Positions 1 to 9,977 of a DNA stretch of 64,000 bases are shown here, piece after piece; position 1 is the stretch's first letter; each line of letters opens with the position of its first letter. Below the pieces are notes generated by a model, which did not search any database, was not told the DNA's origin, and saw only the letters and a list, made by a program, of their open reading frames with translations. Origin of the DNA: an uncultured Chlamydiae bacterium. Lineage in GTDB: Bacteria > Chlamydiota > Chlamydiia > Chlamydiales > SM23-39. Location: NCBI GenBank assembly GCA_963828125.1, contig CAWHDP010000002.1, forward strand, positions 480,001 through 544,000. The letters are read 5' to 3'. The translations under genes were made by a program, and so were the position numbers.

Positions 1-264
1 GAGATGTTGGCAATCGACGAGCGGGGCTTAGATGAAATGGACAAAAAAATCCTAAGTGTTATCATTGATCACCACAACGGGGGTCCAGTGGGCCTCAATA
101 ATTTGGCAGCTGCATGCGGCGAAGAATCGCATACCATTGAAGAGGTGTATGAGCCCTTTTTGATTTTACAAGGGATGATTCGGCGCACCCCGCGGGGGCG
201 CGAAACCACAGAAGCTGCCTATGAACATCTTGGCCGAAGGCCAAAAAAAATACCGGAGTCTTAG
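1..264 (+). CDS. ruvB: Holliday junction branch migration helicase RuvB (C-terminal part, truncated by window edge)
   Basis: GLDxMDxKIL...GGPVGL...[17 protein letters not shown] motif of the RuvB C-terminal domain. Confidence 0.95.
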   Translation, partial: EMLAIDERGLDEMDKKILSVIIDHHNGGPVGLNNLAAACGEESHTIEEVYEPFLILQGMIRRTPRGRETTEAAYEHLGRRPKKIPES

Positions 265-265
265 A

Positions 266-1447
266 ATGAAAACGTCCCTTTTTGCCGCAGCCCTTCTCTG
301 CAGCGCCATAAGCCCAATGTATGCCGATGAATACACGACATACGAGCGGATTGCCGAACCGATGGCCCCTCGAAATATCCAAATCCTCCTCGAAAAAGAC
401 GCCGACGGGGTTTTGCTGGAAGTGAAGGGACCCTACTATATTTTCAACCAGTATGACGGAACGCGCGTCGCTTCAGGCCTACTGGGCAAAAGATTCATGA
501 TCCACGAGCTAGAGAACGGATTGAAATGGGGGGAAGAATTTCCCGGGATCCATCAAATCTATATCAAGCCCCGCTCCTCTGAAACCTCGATCTTCATCAA
601 CGGGATTCAGTATGCCGGCTCGATCGCAATCTATGGCGTTGCTGGAAGGATCCACGTCGTCAATGACATCGATATTGAATCGTATGTCAAAGCAAAACTC
701 ACCTCCCAATTCCTCTCTCCGCTTGAGCCCGAGGTGATGTCAGCGCTTGCCATTTTGGCCAGAACCGATGCCTACTACCAGGCGATGCGCGCTCACCCCA
801 GCAGCTTCTGGCACGTCAGCGCTGGGGAGGTCGGCTATCAGGGCTCTGCCCTCGTCGTCGCAAGCTCTCTTGTCGATCGGGCCGTGGAGAGTACCCGCCA
901 TCTGATCCTCCTCCATTCAGAAGAGGGGAAAGATCTCCCCTTTCCAACTACCTGGACGGAAAATAGCGGAGGGAAAACAGCCCCCTATTCCCGCATTTTT
1001 CGGAAAGAGACCTTTGCTCCCGAAAAAGGGGTGGAAGCTCCTCATGCAGCGCTCGCTCGCCAAAAATCAAAATGGAGCTATCAAATCGGGAAAAAGACGC
1101 TCGCTCACCTCTTGAACGTGAGCCAAATCTCCTCGATCGAGCCCTTTATGGATAAAGAATCGTCTAAAGTGTATGGGGTGCGAATTAAGGACGGCTCCGC
1201 GTCGGTCGATATCGACTTCCTGACCCTCCAATCGCGCATTGGCGCCGCCCACTTGCAAAGCTCAGACTTCACAGTTGCGTTAAAAGAGGACGCTGTCCGC
1301 TTCGACGGGTTCGGTAAAGGGCACGGAGTCGGCTTGTGTCTCTACTCGGCGAACGTCCTTGCGCTCAACGGAGAGAACGCGGTGAAGATCTTGTCCAAAT
1401 TCTTCCCTGAGACCTATCTATATAATTTGAACGCCGTCCCTAAATAA
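266..1447 (+). CDS. SpoIID/LytB domain protein (peptidoglycan lytic transglycosylase-like), secreted
   Basis: N-terminal signal peptide MKTSLFAAALLCSAISPMYA; VVNDIDIESYV, ALAILART and G.GHGVGLC motifs of SpoIID; start placed at ATG 266. Confidence 0.85.
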   Translation: MKTSLFAAALLCSAISPMYADEYTTYERIAEPMAPRNIQILLEKDADGVLLEVKGPYYIFNQYDGTRVASGLLGKRFMIHELENGLKWGEEFPGIHQIYIKPRSSETSIFINGIQYAGSIAIYGVAGRIHVVNDIDIESYVKAKLTSQFLSPLEPEVMSALAILARTDAYYQAMRAHPSSFWHVSAGEVGYQGSALVVASSLVDRAVESTRHLILLHSEEGKDLPFPTTWTENSGGKTAPYSRIFRKETFAPEKGVEAPHAALARQKSKWSYQIGKKTLAHLLNVSQISSIEPFMDKESSKVYGVRIKDGSASVDIDFLTLQSRIGAAHLQSSDFTVALKEDAVRFDGFGKGHGVGLCLYSANVLALNGENAVKILSKFFPETYLYNLNAVPK

Positions 1448-1450
1448 GAA

Positions 1451-1479
1451 TTGCTCGGAAAGCGGATGATTGATAAAAT
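1451..1479 (+). promoter_or_regulatory. sigma70/66-type promoter for SRP RNA
   Basis: TTGCTC-N17-TAAAAT ending 6 nt before the SRP RNA 5' stem. Confidence 0.6.
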
Positions 1480-1485
1480 CCCCAT

Positions 1486-1583
1486 CACCGGGGACCTCGT
1501 GGAATAAGCAATCTGAACCAGGTCAGGGCCGGAAGGCAGCATCCTTAAGGAATCTGCCTTATGCCACGAGATTATCTCCGGTG
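1486..1583 (+). ncRNA. ffs: Signal recognition particle RNA (4.5S)
   Basis: Core helix-8 motif GGTCAGGGCCGGAAGGCAGCA; terminal pairing CACCGGGGA/TCTCCGGTG and CTCGTGG/CCACGAG; followed by a T-run. Confidence 0.93.
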
Positions 1584-2168
1584 TTTTTCTTCGACAGCCA
1601 TGCACGCTCGCCGAAGCGCGCTCTCTGCGTCGACCCCTAACTCTTCGGCCTCCCTCACCAAATCCCAGAGCCTCTGCCCAAGATCATCTGAAATTTTTTC
1701 CTCTACTACCCCACTTTTTTGACGCCGCAGCTTGTGAATCACTTTTTGAGCGCGCGCTAAAGCCGGTAAAGTCGGCGGAATATCGGCAATCGGACTCTTT
1801 TTCCCCTCTTCCCGCTTCACATCCTCCCAACGATTGAGGATATCATCCGTGGAGGAAATTTTTTGATCGCCAAAAACGTGCGGATGGCGCCTGATCAGCT
1901 TCTCCGCCACACCCCGAATCGATTCAGACAAACTAAATGTTTTTTCCTTCTCGCCCAATTTTGCAATAAAAATTAACGTGTATAGAACATCTCCCAATTC
2001 TTCTGAAATTTTTTTTGGATTGTTGGCGTCGATCGCCTCAATTAATTCATGCGTCTCCTCTAGAAGATAGGGTTGCAAAGTAAAAAATGTCTGTTCACGA
2101 TCCCAAGGGCAACCATTACTTCCTAATAATTGATCTGCAATTTTTAAAAGACTTTCAAATTCATTCAT
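1572..2168 (-). CDS. mazG: MazG-family nucleoside triphosphate pyrophosphohydrolase
   Basis: GCPWDREQT, LLEETHELIEAI, EELGDVL and KLIRRHPHVFG motifs; start at ATG 2168 (MNEFE). Confidence 0.92.
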   Translation of the reverse strand: MNEFESLLKIADQLLGSNGCPWDREQTFFTLQPYLLEETHELIEAIDANNPKKISEELGDVLYTLIFIAKLGEKEKTFSLSESIRGVAEKLIRRHPHVFGDQKISSTDDILNRWEDVKREEGKKSPIADIPPTLPALARAQKVIHKLRRQKSGVVEEKISDDLGQRLWDLVREAEELGVDAESALRRACMAVEEKHRR

Positions 2169-2235
2169 AAAATAACTCCGATTTTGAATTGTACAATGAT
2201 ACAATATTTTGCTTGCATACGCAACGATTTTTGCT

Positions 2236-2264
2236 TTGAGATTCAATCCCAATACGTGTATAAT
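2236..2264 (+). promoter_or_regulatory. sigma70/66-type promoter of the 1067-aa orphan gene
   Basis: TTGAGA-N17-TATAAT, ending 11 nt upstream of ATG 2276. Confidence 0.65.
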
Positions 2265-2275
2265 AAGGCAAATTT

Positions 2276-5200
2276 ATGGCAAAGCTAACCGTACGTCCAA
2301 GTAATTTTTCCCAACGAGATCCAGCCGCGGATCTCCCTGTCCGAGAGGAGAGGGGGATGATCGGTTCGGTTTGGGATGGCGCAGTCCGAAGACCGTGGGA
2401 TCATGTTTGTTATTGGACTTGCCCTGCTGCCAACCCCTCAGCAACGCTCAATCGGATCAGCATCGCTGCAGGCGACGCGTTGAACCAGGCAAAGATTCGG
2501 GGTATCCAGGTCGAACCGGTCAGTCCCCGCCTACATGGCGAGGTGGAAGCCCTCCTGAGCAGAAAAAAAACAGCTCAGCAGGTGGCTGCAAAGAAAACCG
2601 CAGAGGTAGGTCCGGTCGCCAAACTAGGTTGGTTCCGCAATGACCCTGAAGTGACCAAAGCGCCGCCCGTCGGAAGCATAGCGCCCGACTGGGATTCTGA
2701 GAATGCCCAGAGACAAGAAGACATCAAAAATAAGATCACTGTGTATAGCACTCTTTTGGAAATGCGCAAAAGATGTGGAATTATGGAGACCAATAACCTT
2801 AAGCTAATGGAGCTCGTCAGACAGGCGACCGAAGTGGGGAAATTCTCTGTTTGGCATCTATTCACCAGTAGTTACAAGCTGACCTTTTTTCAAAAAATCC
2901 AGGCAGCCTGGTTTTATGTGTTCTACTTTCTCACCTCCCTGATTCACAACACAGTCGACGCCTACGTTGTGGCGTTCATTAAAAACGTACGGGAAGATCT
3001 CTCCCAAGAGCAAAGCATAACAAGATTGAAATTTTTCAAAACTCTGCTGTCGGAAACAGACGAATTTTTAATTGAAGATTTGAAGGCCACCGAAGATTTT
3101 GCAAATGAAAAGGGTGAAGGACTCCTTTGGAAATATCGAGACCGCGCTATTGAACGCCATTATGGATGTTCTCTACCAGAACTGTGTAAAGCATTCAGTG
3201 AAAAATGGGTAGATGGGGGAGCCTCGGAGAATGTGCCGATCTTGAGGGGGTTGCAGGAAATCCCAATCCTCAAATGGGTGATTAAAGCATTTGAAGAGCT
3301 TGTTAACCGGTTCATTATTCGGAGGGCCATGAAGTACGTGATCCTGCCGGAGGCTACAGAAACGGCTGTGAAAAAAGGGATCGAAGCCACCCAGCCCCAC
3401 AATCTCCCCTTCGCTCTGAGTCTGACCCGATTTTTGAACCAACGGCTAGAGAGGCTCCTCAGCAAAATCAAGAGCGGCAGTAATGATCCAACGACTCTCA
3501 ACTATCTTCCCGGCGTCAGCGAAATGCTCCCCGACACAGTCGTGAGCCTAAAGAGGGCTTTGGAGCTAGACGGAATCACCACACCGCTCCAATTGAGACA
3601 AAAGATTCAGGAACTCAATGAAGGGAAAAAATGGTGGGATCCTCGCCGCTTCTACGATCCGAAAATTGATGCGGCGATCGAACAGGGGATTGTGAAAGCA
3701 GGCAACCTTCTGATGGGGACTCTCAATGAAACCCTCCTATCTGGAGAACTCTCCGCTATTTTTCTTGAAGTAGCCACGGAGCCTTTTAAAGAGAGCGGGC
3801 AAGATCAAGCCTCGTTGGAGGCTGCCTATAAAAATGAGTCCAGCAATCTGCAGACAACCGCTGCAGCCTTCTTTAAAGAGGTCGTCGATCGGGCAGTAGC
3901 CGATCGGTTCAACGGACCCAACGCGACAGAATCGCAGACCCTTGCTGAACAGTCATTTGACGCCCAAAAAACCGTTGTGGGGCACTTGCTCCATGAACTG
4001 GGCGACATCGCCGGCCGGATGGACGAGAAAATCGCCGCCTCTTCGAGCGGACCGACCCCTGAGAACAACATTCAGATAGAGATCGCCTCCTTCTTGCAAA
4101 CGGTCAAAGTCCTCGCCAGTAGAAAAGAGCTCCAAGAGACATTGGAGAATGTCAAAGGGGAAGATCAAAATCGGATCTGGAGTCTGCTCACACCTCTCTT
4201 CGATCGGGTCGAGAAACTCTTGCCGCGCATCACCCTCCTTCAGAAATTGCAAGACGAATATCCTCCCCACTCAACAGTCGCCTCTGATTTTAAGCAGATG
4301 GAAGAGGTTTTAGAATCGGTTCGCGATCACTCCAGACATCTCCGGAATCCCTTATTGAGCTTTTTGCGGAAAATCTTTGATGAGATTGTCCGTTTGTTAG
4401 GGAAGCAGGTTCCTTTCAAGGACACAATGAGAGAAATGATCGACCACGTCTCCGAGTGTTCTGAGAATGCGGTTAAAGAACAGATGGCGATCGACGCGCT
4501 CCATGCCCTAAAGCCCCACGGGGGAAAGGGGCTATTGGATCAGATGCTCGATTATGAAAAAGGCGCTCACTCTTGGGGTTTTAGACCGAGACAATGCCTC
4601 GCTGCAATCGGAGAACAACTCAAATATTTCCCTGCGGCGAAACAACAAGAGCTCCAAGCCATCATCCAAGACGGGACGCATTTGAGTCGAAATTGGGAAC
4701 GGTTAAATACGGTACTCCAGGAAATGCATCAGCACCATTTCAACGCCAAAACGGCAGCCGACGCTCTATTTGAGGCTGCCATCAAGCAAACCAAAGGATG
4801 GATGCAAGAGAAGCACATATCCTACAACAAGCTCAAAGAATTGAACCATCGACAAATGAAATCTGAAATGAAGAGCCTTTTGAAAGAAGTGCACTCTCTC
4901 ACCCAAAGAGCCGAACAAACGGAACTGAATATGCCCCGCTCGCTCCCCTCTGCGATCACAGGCCTTGGCAGACTCGGATTCACGACAGCCGTTGGGACAG
5001 TAGCCGGAACCTATTTCGGCTGGCCAGTGGCGCTCGGAGCTTTAGGAGGCGCTGTCGGCAAACTATTCAATGGCGTCAGCCATTCGAAAGAGAGCGGCTG
5101 GAAATCGCTCGCAAAAACAGCGGCCGGCACAGCCATTGGGGCCGCAGCTTCCAATTATCTCCCCCCTCTCGCACCCCAACTGATCCCCCATATTCCCTCA

Positions 5201-5479
5201 ATCGCTCCTTATATTCCGTCGCAGTTGGCCTCTTATGATATTCCAGGGAAAATCACCTCCGTGCTCAATAACATCCACGAATGGACCGATACGGCAAAGG
5301 CCTTGACCGCCGCCTTTGCCGGCTGGGGTACCATCAAAACCGTCCAGAATACAGGCAAGGACTTAGTGAACGAAAAAGTGTGGCAGATTTTCACCAAAGC
5401 CTACAAATTAAGCCTCGATCCAAGGATCTACAAAGCCGCCACAACCCGCGCTATGAAGGCCATGGTGGAGACTACCTAA
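2276..5479 (+). CDS. Large hypothetical helical protein (1067 aa) with C-terminal Gly/Ala-rich hydrophobic segments; candidate secreted effector
   Basis: Long uninterrupted ORF with its own promoter; no recognisable domain. Confidence 0.8.
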   Translation: MAKLTVRPSNFSQRDPAADLPVREERGMIGSVWDGAVRRPWDHVCYWTCPAANPSATLNRISIAAGDALNQAKIRGIQVEPVSPRLHGEVEALLSRKKTAQQVAAKKTAEVGPVAKLGWFRNDPEVTKAPPVGSIAPDWDSENAQRQEDIKNKITVYSTLLEMRKRCGIMETNNLKLMELVRQATEVGKFSVWHLFTSSYKLTFFQKIQAAWFYVFYFLTSLIHNTVDAYVVAFIKNVREDLSQEQSITRLKFFKTLLSETDEFLIEDLKATEDFANEKGEGLLWKYRDRAIERHYGCSLPELCKAFSEKWVDGGASENVPILRGLQEIPILKWVIKAFEELVNRFIIRRAMKYVILPEATETAVKKGIEATQPHNLPFALSLTRFLNQRLERLLSKIKSGSNDPTTLNYLPGVSEMLPDTVVSLKRALELDGITTPLQLRQKIQELNEGKKWWDPRRFYDPKIDAAIEQGIVKAGNLLMGTLNETLLSGELSAIFLEVATEPFKESGQDQASLEAAYKNESSNLQTTAAAFFKEVVDRAVADRFNGPNATESQTLAEQSFDAQKTVVGHLLHELGDIAGRMDEKIAASSSGPTPENNIQIEIASFLQTVKVLASRKELQETLENVKGEDQNRIWSLLTPLFDRVEKLLPRITLLQKLQDEYPPHSTVASDFKQMEEVLESVRDHSRHLRNPLLSFLRKIFDEIVRLLGKQVPFKDTMREMIDHVSECSENAVKEQMAIDALHALKPHGGKGLLDQMLDYEKGAHSWGFRPRQCLAAIGEQLKYFPAAKQQELQAIIQDGTHLSRNWERLNTVLQEMHQHHFNAKTAADALFEAAIKQTKGWMQEKHISYNKLKELNHRQMKSEMKSLLKEVHSLTQRAEQTELNMPRSLPSAITGLGRLGFTTAVGTVAGTYFGWPVALGALGGAVGKLFNGVSHSKESGWKSLAKTAAGTAIGAAASNYLPPLAPQLIPHIPSIAPYIPSQLASYDIPGKITSVLNNIHEWTDTAKALTAAFAGWGTIKTVQNTGKDLVNEKVWQIFTKAYKLSLDPRIYKAATTRAMKAMVETT

Positions 5480-5482
5480 TTT

Positions 5483-5689
5483 TTACCAGCGGCGATGCTG
5501 TCTTTCCCCGTTTGTCTGGGTCTGATCTTGGTGATCCCATCGGTACGGGGTCTCTTCTTGTCCTTTCTGCCCACATTTCTCCTTCATCTGCCCGCATTTT
5601 TTATTTCCTGGACAATAGTTTTGATCGCAGCAAGATGAAATTGCAAAGGCAAATGCTAACGCAACTAAAGCGAGAATTAATTTTTTCAT
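5483..5689 (-). CDS. Small cysteine-rich lipoprotein (OmcA-like)
   Basis: SD GGAG; MKK + hydrophobic stretch + ISS-CC lipobox; 5 Cys in 68 aa. Confidence 0.7.
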   Translation of the reverse strand: MKKLILALVALAFAFAISSCCDQNYCPGNKKCGQMKEKCGQKGQEETPYRWDHQDQTQTNGERQHRRW

Positions 5690-5739
5690 GGAATAGCTCC
5701 TCTTAAGCTTTTAACCTCCTAGTAATATTTATCCTTTTT

Positions 5740-6597
5740 TTATGCAATAGAATTAGCCCGCATCATGCCGACTGTTCGCATGGCGTCTTGCATATCGGGG
5801 AATAGAGGAGCTGTCAAATCGATCACCCTCCCTCGGAAGGAGAATTGGAGCCGGTAGGCATGGAGGAGTGTCCGCTGAATGAAGAGCTTACAGCGGAACT
5901 GTTGGGCATATTGCCGGTCGATCAAAATGGGATGTCCCATTTCGGCTAGATGGACACGGATCTGATGGGTTCGACCCGTCTCGGGCTCGCATAAAAGGAG
6001 GGCAGCCTGTGCGCCTGCCGCAAGCCTCTCCCAGCGGGTGACGGCAGCAGCCCCTTGGGGAGCCGATCCCCAAATCGTCTGCCCTTGGTAGACTCTCTTT
6101 TTGGCAAGGAAACTGCGCCGCTCTCCCCTCTCCTCTTTAGGAATGCCGTCGACAAGGGCCAGATAACTTTTTCCGATCTCCCTTTTCTCAAACATCTCCA
6201 TTAACTCATCGCGACTCCGACTGTTTTTTGCGACAATCAAAAGCCCCGTCGTCTCTTTGTCCAAACGGTGGACTAAATAATGACCGGTGCCAAAAGTTTT
6301 TAGAGCATTTTTCGGATCGCAAATCCAGCCGGACGGTTTATTGACGATTTTGAGAGAGTCGTCCTCGTAAATCATCTCCATCTGAGAATCTCGAGGAGCG
6401 AGAATCGATTTCCAGCTCGGGGCCAGCTCGACGGCGTCGCCCCCTTGCAAGCTGCGGGAGCCGAACCGCTCAACCTTGCCATTAATGCGGCAGAGGTTGG
6501 CTTCAAGAAGCTTGCGCAAAAACTTACCCGAATAATCGCCGAGCCGACCCTGCAAAAAAGCGACGAGCTTTTGCGGCGCTGGAACGAGCCACCTCAC
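5740..6597 (-). CDS. RluA/RluD-family pseudouridine synthase
   Basis: S4-like N-terminus; VNKPSG, HRLDKETTG, TGRTHQIRVHLA and LLHA motifs. Confidence 0.92.
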   Translation of the reverse strand: MRWLVPAPQKLVAFLQGRLGDYSGKFLRKLLEANLCRINGKVERFGSRSLQGGDAVELAPSWKSILAPRDSQMEMIYEDDSLKIVNKPSGWICDPKNALKTFGTGHYLVHRLDKETTGLLIVAKNSRSRDELMEMFEKREIGKSYLALVDGIPKEERGERRSFLAKKRVYQGQTIWGSAPQGAAAVTRWERLAAGAQAALLLCEPETGRTHQIRVHLAEMGHPILIDRQYAQQFRCKLFIQRTLLHAYRLQFSFRGRVIDLTAPLFPDMQDAMRTVGMMRANSIA

Positions 6598-8018
6598 GAC
6601 GATCTCCCCTCGAGGAAATCGACCAACAGCCTGAGCCCGTGGCCTGTGCCGCGGACCGGATTGTAGTCCTTGGGTTTAGGGATAAAGGCAGGCCCTGCGA
6701 TGTCGAGATGGGCCCAAGGGACGGTTCCGGCAAATTCCTGTAAAAAAAGGGCCGCCTTGATGGCCCCCGCCTCCCGACCCCCGCTATTTTTCATGTCGGC
6801 TATCTCAGATTTCAGCGACTCTTTGTAGTCGCTATGCATCGGAAAACGCCAGATCAACTCATCGGTCCGCTCGGATGATTCGGCGAGCTGCTCAGCCAGG
6901 CCGTCATCATTGGAAAAAAGCCCAGAAATCCCATCGCCAAGGGCCACCACGCAAGAACCTGTTAGAGTGGCGACGTCAATGATGCAGCCCGGTTTGAGGT
7001 TTTGAGCCGCATACGCAATGGCGTCTGCTAAAACGAGCCGCCCCTCCGCATCCGTATTATTGATCTCGATGGTCTTCCCCGAATAGGCGCGGTAGACGTC
7101 GCCCAACTTATAGCTTTTCGATCCGATGCAGTTCTCAGTGAGAGGCATGAGAGCCGTCACATTGACCTTGAGTCCTAACACCGCCGCTATTCTCACAGCA
7201 GAGAGAACCGTGGCGGCGCCCGCCATATCGCACTTCATATCGAGCATCCCGTCGGTCGGCTTGATACTTAAGCCTCCGGTATCATAAGTGATCCCCTTGC
7301 CGACTAAAACAACCTGCTCATCCGATTTTGGACAGCCCTTATATGAAACTTGAACTAGGTACGGATCCAGACTAGAGGCTCGATTCACTGCCAAAATCAG
7401 CCCCATCTTTTCCGCTTCCAGCCTTTTTTTATCGAAAATCACAGTTTTGATCTTGGGGTGGGCTTTTTTTGCGGCTTTGAGGAATAGATCGATTTTATCA
7501 TCTGCGTTTGCATTGACAAGATCGCGGACAAAATAGACCCCCTCAATGATTTTCTGGAGTTTATCCGAGAGATCGTTCCTTTCGATCCCCACAAAGGAGA
7601 CCTGTTCCAACAGAACCACCGGATCTTCGTTCAGTACATCGTGTTTGTAGGTGAATGAATAGTTCGTCAGAAGGAGCCCTTCGACGATCCCCTGCAAGAA
7701 CGCCCTCCTCTGCTTGCATTTCGGAAAGAGGAGATCGATCTTTTTGACTTTTTTCGCCTGCGCCGTCCGGACTACAGCGGAATAAGCCTTTCTCAACGCC
7801 TCAACGCTCGCCTTATCTTGCGCTCCAAGCCCAATCAACAAAATCCGCTGTCCGCCTAAATAGCAGAGGGCCGCCTCCCCATTCTTTCCTTTGAAATCGA
7901 AGAGAGGCCCTTCTAGATCGACAAGACTGAACTCGGCCGCCCCCTTGGGCCCTTCCCAAAACGGAAGAACCCAGAGACCAGACCCTTGTTCCAGATTGGA
8001 CGCATAGGAAACTTTCAA
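6594..8018 (-). CDS. pepA: Leucyl aminopeptidase (M17)
   Basis: VGKGITYDTGG, MKCDMAG, NTDAEGRL and DVATLTG motifs; TTG start overlaps the ssb stop. Confidence 0.95.
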   Translation of the reverse strand: MKVSYASNLEQGSGLWVLPFWEGPKGAAEFSLVDLEGPLFDFKGKNGEAALCYLGGQRILLIGLGAQDKASVEALRKAYSAVVRTAQAKKVKKIDLLFPKCKQRRAFLQGIVEGLLLTNYSFTYKHDVLNEDPVVLLEQVSFVGIERNDLSDKLQKIIEGVYFVRDLVNANADDKIDLFLKAAKKAHPKIKTVIFDKKRLEAEKMGLILAVNRASSLDPYLVQVSYKGCPKSDEQVVLVGKGITYDTGGLSIKPTDGMLDMKCDMAGAATVLSAVRIAAVLGLKVNVTALMPLTENCIGSKSYKLGDVYRAYSGKTIEINNTDAEGRLVLADAIAYAAQNLKPGCIIDVATLTGSCVVALGDGISGLFSNDDGLAEQLAESSERTDELIWRFPMHSDYKESLKSEIADMKNSGGREAGAIKAALFLQEFAGTVPWAHLDIAGPAFIPKPKDYNPVRGTGHGLRLLVDFLEGRSS

Positions 8019-8521
8019 AACGGAACCTCATCGTCGTAGGTTTCCCCCTTGCCTTGCGAAGCGGCCGCTGCGCTGGCGAGATAAGGATTGACGACCGGCG
8101 GCTCAGCTGAGGGGTGCGAACCTGGATGCGCTCCAAAAGGGGCCGTGGAGGCTGCATGGGCTGGCTGCTGCCCTTCTCCAGCAGCTGGCTGGCTGCCGCC
8201 CGGTTTGCCGAAGGGGCTGAATTCGATATGGAAGGCGGTCACATCCAAGGAAATTTGCGGCTTGCCTTCGCGGTCGGTAAAAATTTCTGGCTTATGGATT
8301 TCGCCATGAATGATCACGGCAGACCCCTTTTTCATAAAGGAGAGCAGTTTATCGAATTGCTCGCCCCAAAGAGTGACGCGCCACCAGATGGTGACGTCTT
8401 CGCCACCCTTTCCTTTTCTGGAACGGCTCGCTACTTTTAGATGGGTCACTTTTTTACCGGTTGAGGTAAAGCGGACTTCGGGATCGGCTCCAAGATGCCC
8501 TGCGATATGGATGAAATTCAC
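8015..8521 (-). CDS. ssb: Single-stranded DNA-binding protein
   Basis: G.LGADPE.R OB-fold start; acidic tail DDEVPF; GGAGG SD before GTG at 8521. Confidence 0.95.
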   Translation of the reverse strand: MNFIHIAGHLGADPEVRFTSTGKKVTHLKVASRSRKGKGGEDVTIWWRVTLWGEQFDKLLSFMKKGSAVIIHGEIHKPEIFTDREGKPQISLDVTAFHIEFSPFGKPGGSQPAAGEGQQPAHAASTAPFGAHPGSHPSAEPPVVNPYLASAAAASQGKGETYDDEVPF

Positions 8522-8575
8522 ATGAACCTCCAATAAATTCTTTGTTCTCTATTATCCTAAGGGAAAGGAAAAGGG

Positions 8576-9424
8576 TCAAGCTGAAAAAGGGCGGGGCCAA
8601 AAATAGAATAAAAACCCGGCGAGGATGACAGGCACGCTCAAGATCTGCCCCATCGTCAGCGTCGATACCGAAAGGAGGCGGCTCTGCTCGATTTTCAAAA
8701 ATTCGATGACAAAACGGAAGCCGAAAACCAAAATAAAAAAAAGACCGATCAGTTTACCGGGGGTTTCGAGAAAATATTTGCGAAAACTGAGGCGCCATAG
8801 GACAAAAAAGACAAACAGATAGAAAAGGGCCTCATAAATCTGTACGGGATGGCGAGGAATGGGGGGGCCGTGGTCGGCAGGGTGGCCAAAAATGACTCCC
8901 CATGGCAAGTTGGTCGGCGTCCCTAAGACCTCCTGGTTGATGAAATTGCCGACCCGGATCAAAGCGCCGCCAAGAGCGGTTGGAATCGAAATGAAATCGA
9001 GAAGGCGAACCCAGCGCAACTCAGGCTCGGTTTTTCGAATCCGGTAGCTGAATAGAGCGATGGCGGCAATAATCCCGACAATAGCCCCATGACTGGCAAG
9101 CCCCCCTTCCCAGATCCGGAAAATTTCGAGCGGGTGATTCAAATAGTAACCAGGACGCTCGTAGAACAAAAAATGGCCGAGCCTGGCGCCAATGACCGTT
9201 CCGAGGATCACGTAGAGGGTCAACCGGTCGGTGATCTGAATGGCTTTGGCTTTCTGATTTTTTCCCAAAAAACGGGTTAAAACGGCGACAAAAATGGGGA
9301 AACCGATCGCAAAACCGAGAGAAAAAAGGACTCCATACCAAGTGACTGGCCAATTGAAGAAAGGCAAGCGGAAAATCTCAAGTTTCGGATCCCAATAAAT
9401 GGCGGAATACAGACAACGACTCAT
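8576..9424 (-). CDS. lgt: Prolipoprotein diacylglyceryl transferase
   Basis: WYG, IGARLGH, WEGGLASHG, RVGNFINQE and RHPVQIYE motifs. Confidence 0.96.
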   Translation of the reverse strand: MSRCLYSAIYWDPKLEIFRLPFFNWPVTWYGVLFSLGFAIGFPIFVAVLTRFLGKNQKAKAIQITDRLTLYVILGTVIGARLGHFLFYERPGYYLNHPLEIFRIWEGGLASHGAIVGIIAAIALFSYRIRKTEPELRWVRLLDFISIPTALGGALIRVGNFINQEVLGTPTNLPWGVIFGHPADHGPPIPRHPVQIYEALFYLFVFFVLWRLSFRKYFLETPGKLIGLFFILVFGFRFVIEFLKIEQSRLLSVSTLTMGQILSVPVILAGFLFYFWPRPFSA

Positions 9425-9882
9425 CTCTTTGGCGCCGGCCCCTCTGCGAGACGTGCGGCCCGAAAATAAAAAAGGGCTCCATTGAGAAGCGCGGAGCCGA
9501 TTGCAACGTCGATCGTCCCCCGAACGTCTATGGGGATCGGCAAAAAGCGGAAGACCATTCCGAGCGCCATCATCGAACCGAGCAAGATCCAGTAGGTGGG
9601 GCCGTAGACCTGTTTAAATGGGATCGGCAAAGGGAGGGCGGCGATACGCGCTACCACTCTCCGAACTGTTTTGATGAGGACGAAACGGGCCTTAAAAAAG
9701 CCGATGAGGAGGCCGGTTGCGATGAAGAAGGCGGCCGTCTTTTGAGGAGTCCCTGTCTGATGGCAGAGAGAGTCGGTCTGAAAGGGGGCCTCAGCCATGA
9801 GACGAAGTCCTTTGTAAAGGAGGAAAGCGCCTACGGCAAACCAGACAAATCCTGAAAAAGCGATCCAACTTCGATGTTTCAT
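9421..9882 (-). CDS. Conserved hypothetical membrane protein (about 4 TM segments)
   Basis: Hydrophobic ORF coupled to lgt by an ATGA overlap; GTIDVAIGSAL segment. Confidence 0.75.
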   Translation of the reverse strand: MKHRSWIAFSGFVWFAVGAFLLYKGLRLMAEAPFQTDSLCHQTGTPQKTAAFFIATGLLIGFFKARFVLIKTVRRVVARIAALPLPIPFKQVYGPTYWILLGSMMALGMVFRFLPIPIDVRGTIDVAIGSALLNGALFYFRAARLAEGPAPKR

Positions 9883-9977
9883 GAAGGCATCGTAACAAAT
9901 TTTTGTATTGTCTGTCGACAAAAATCGAACCCATCACTACAATCCGCTGTCACATCAACTTTATGGAGCGGCCCATT

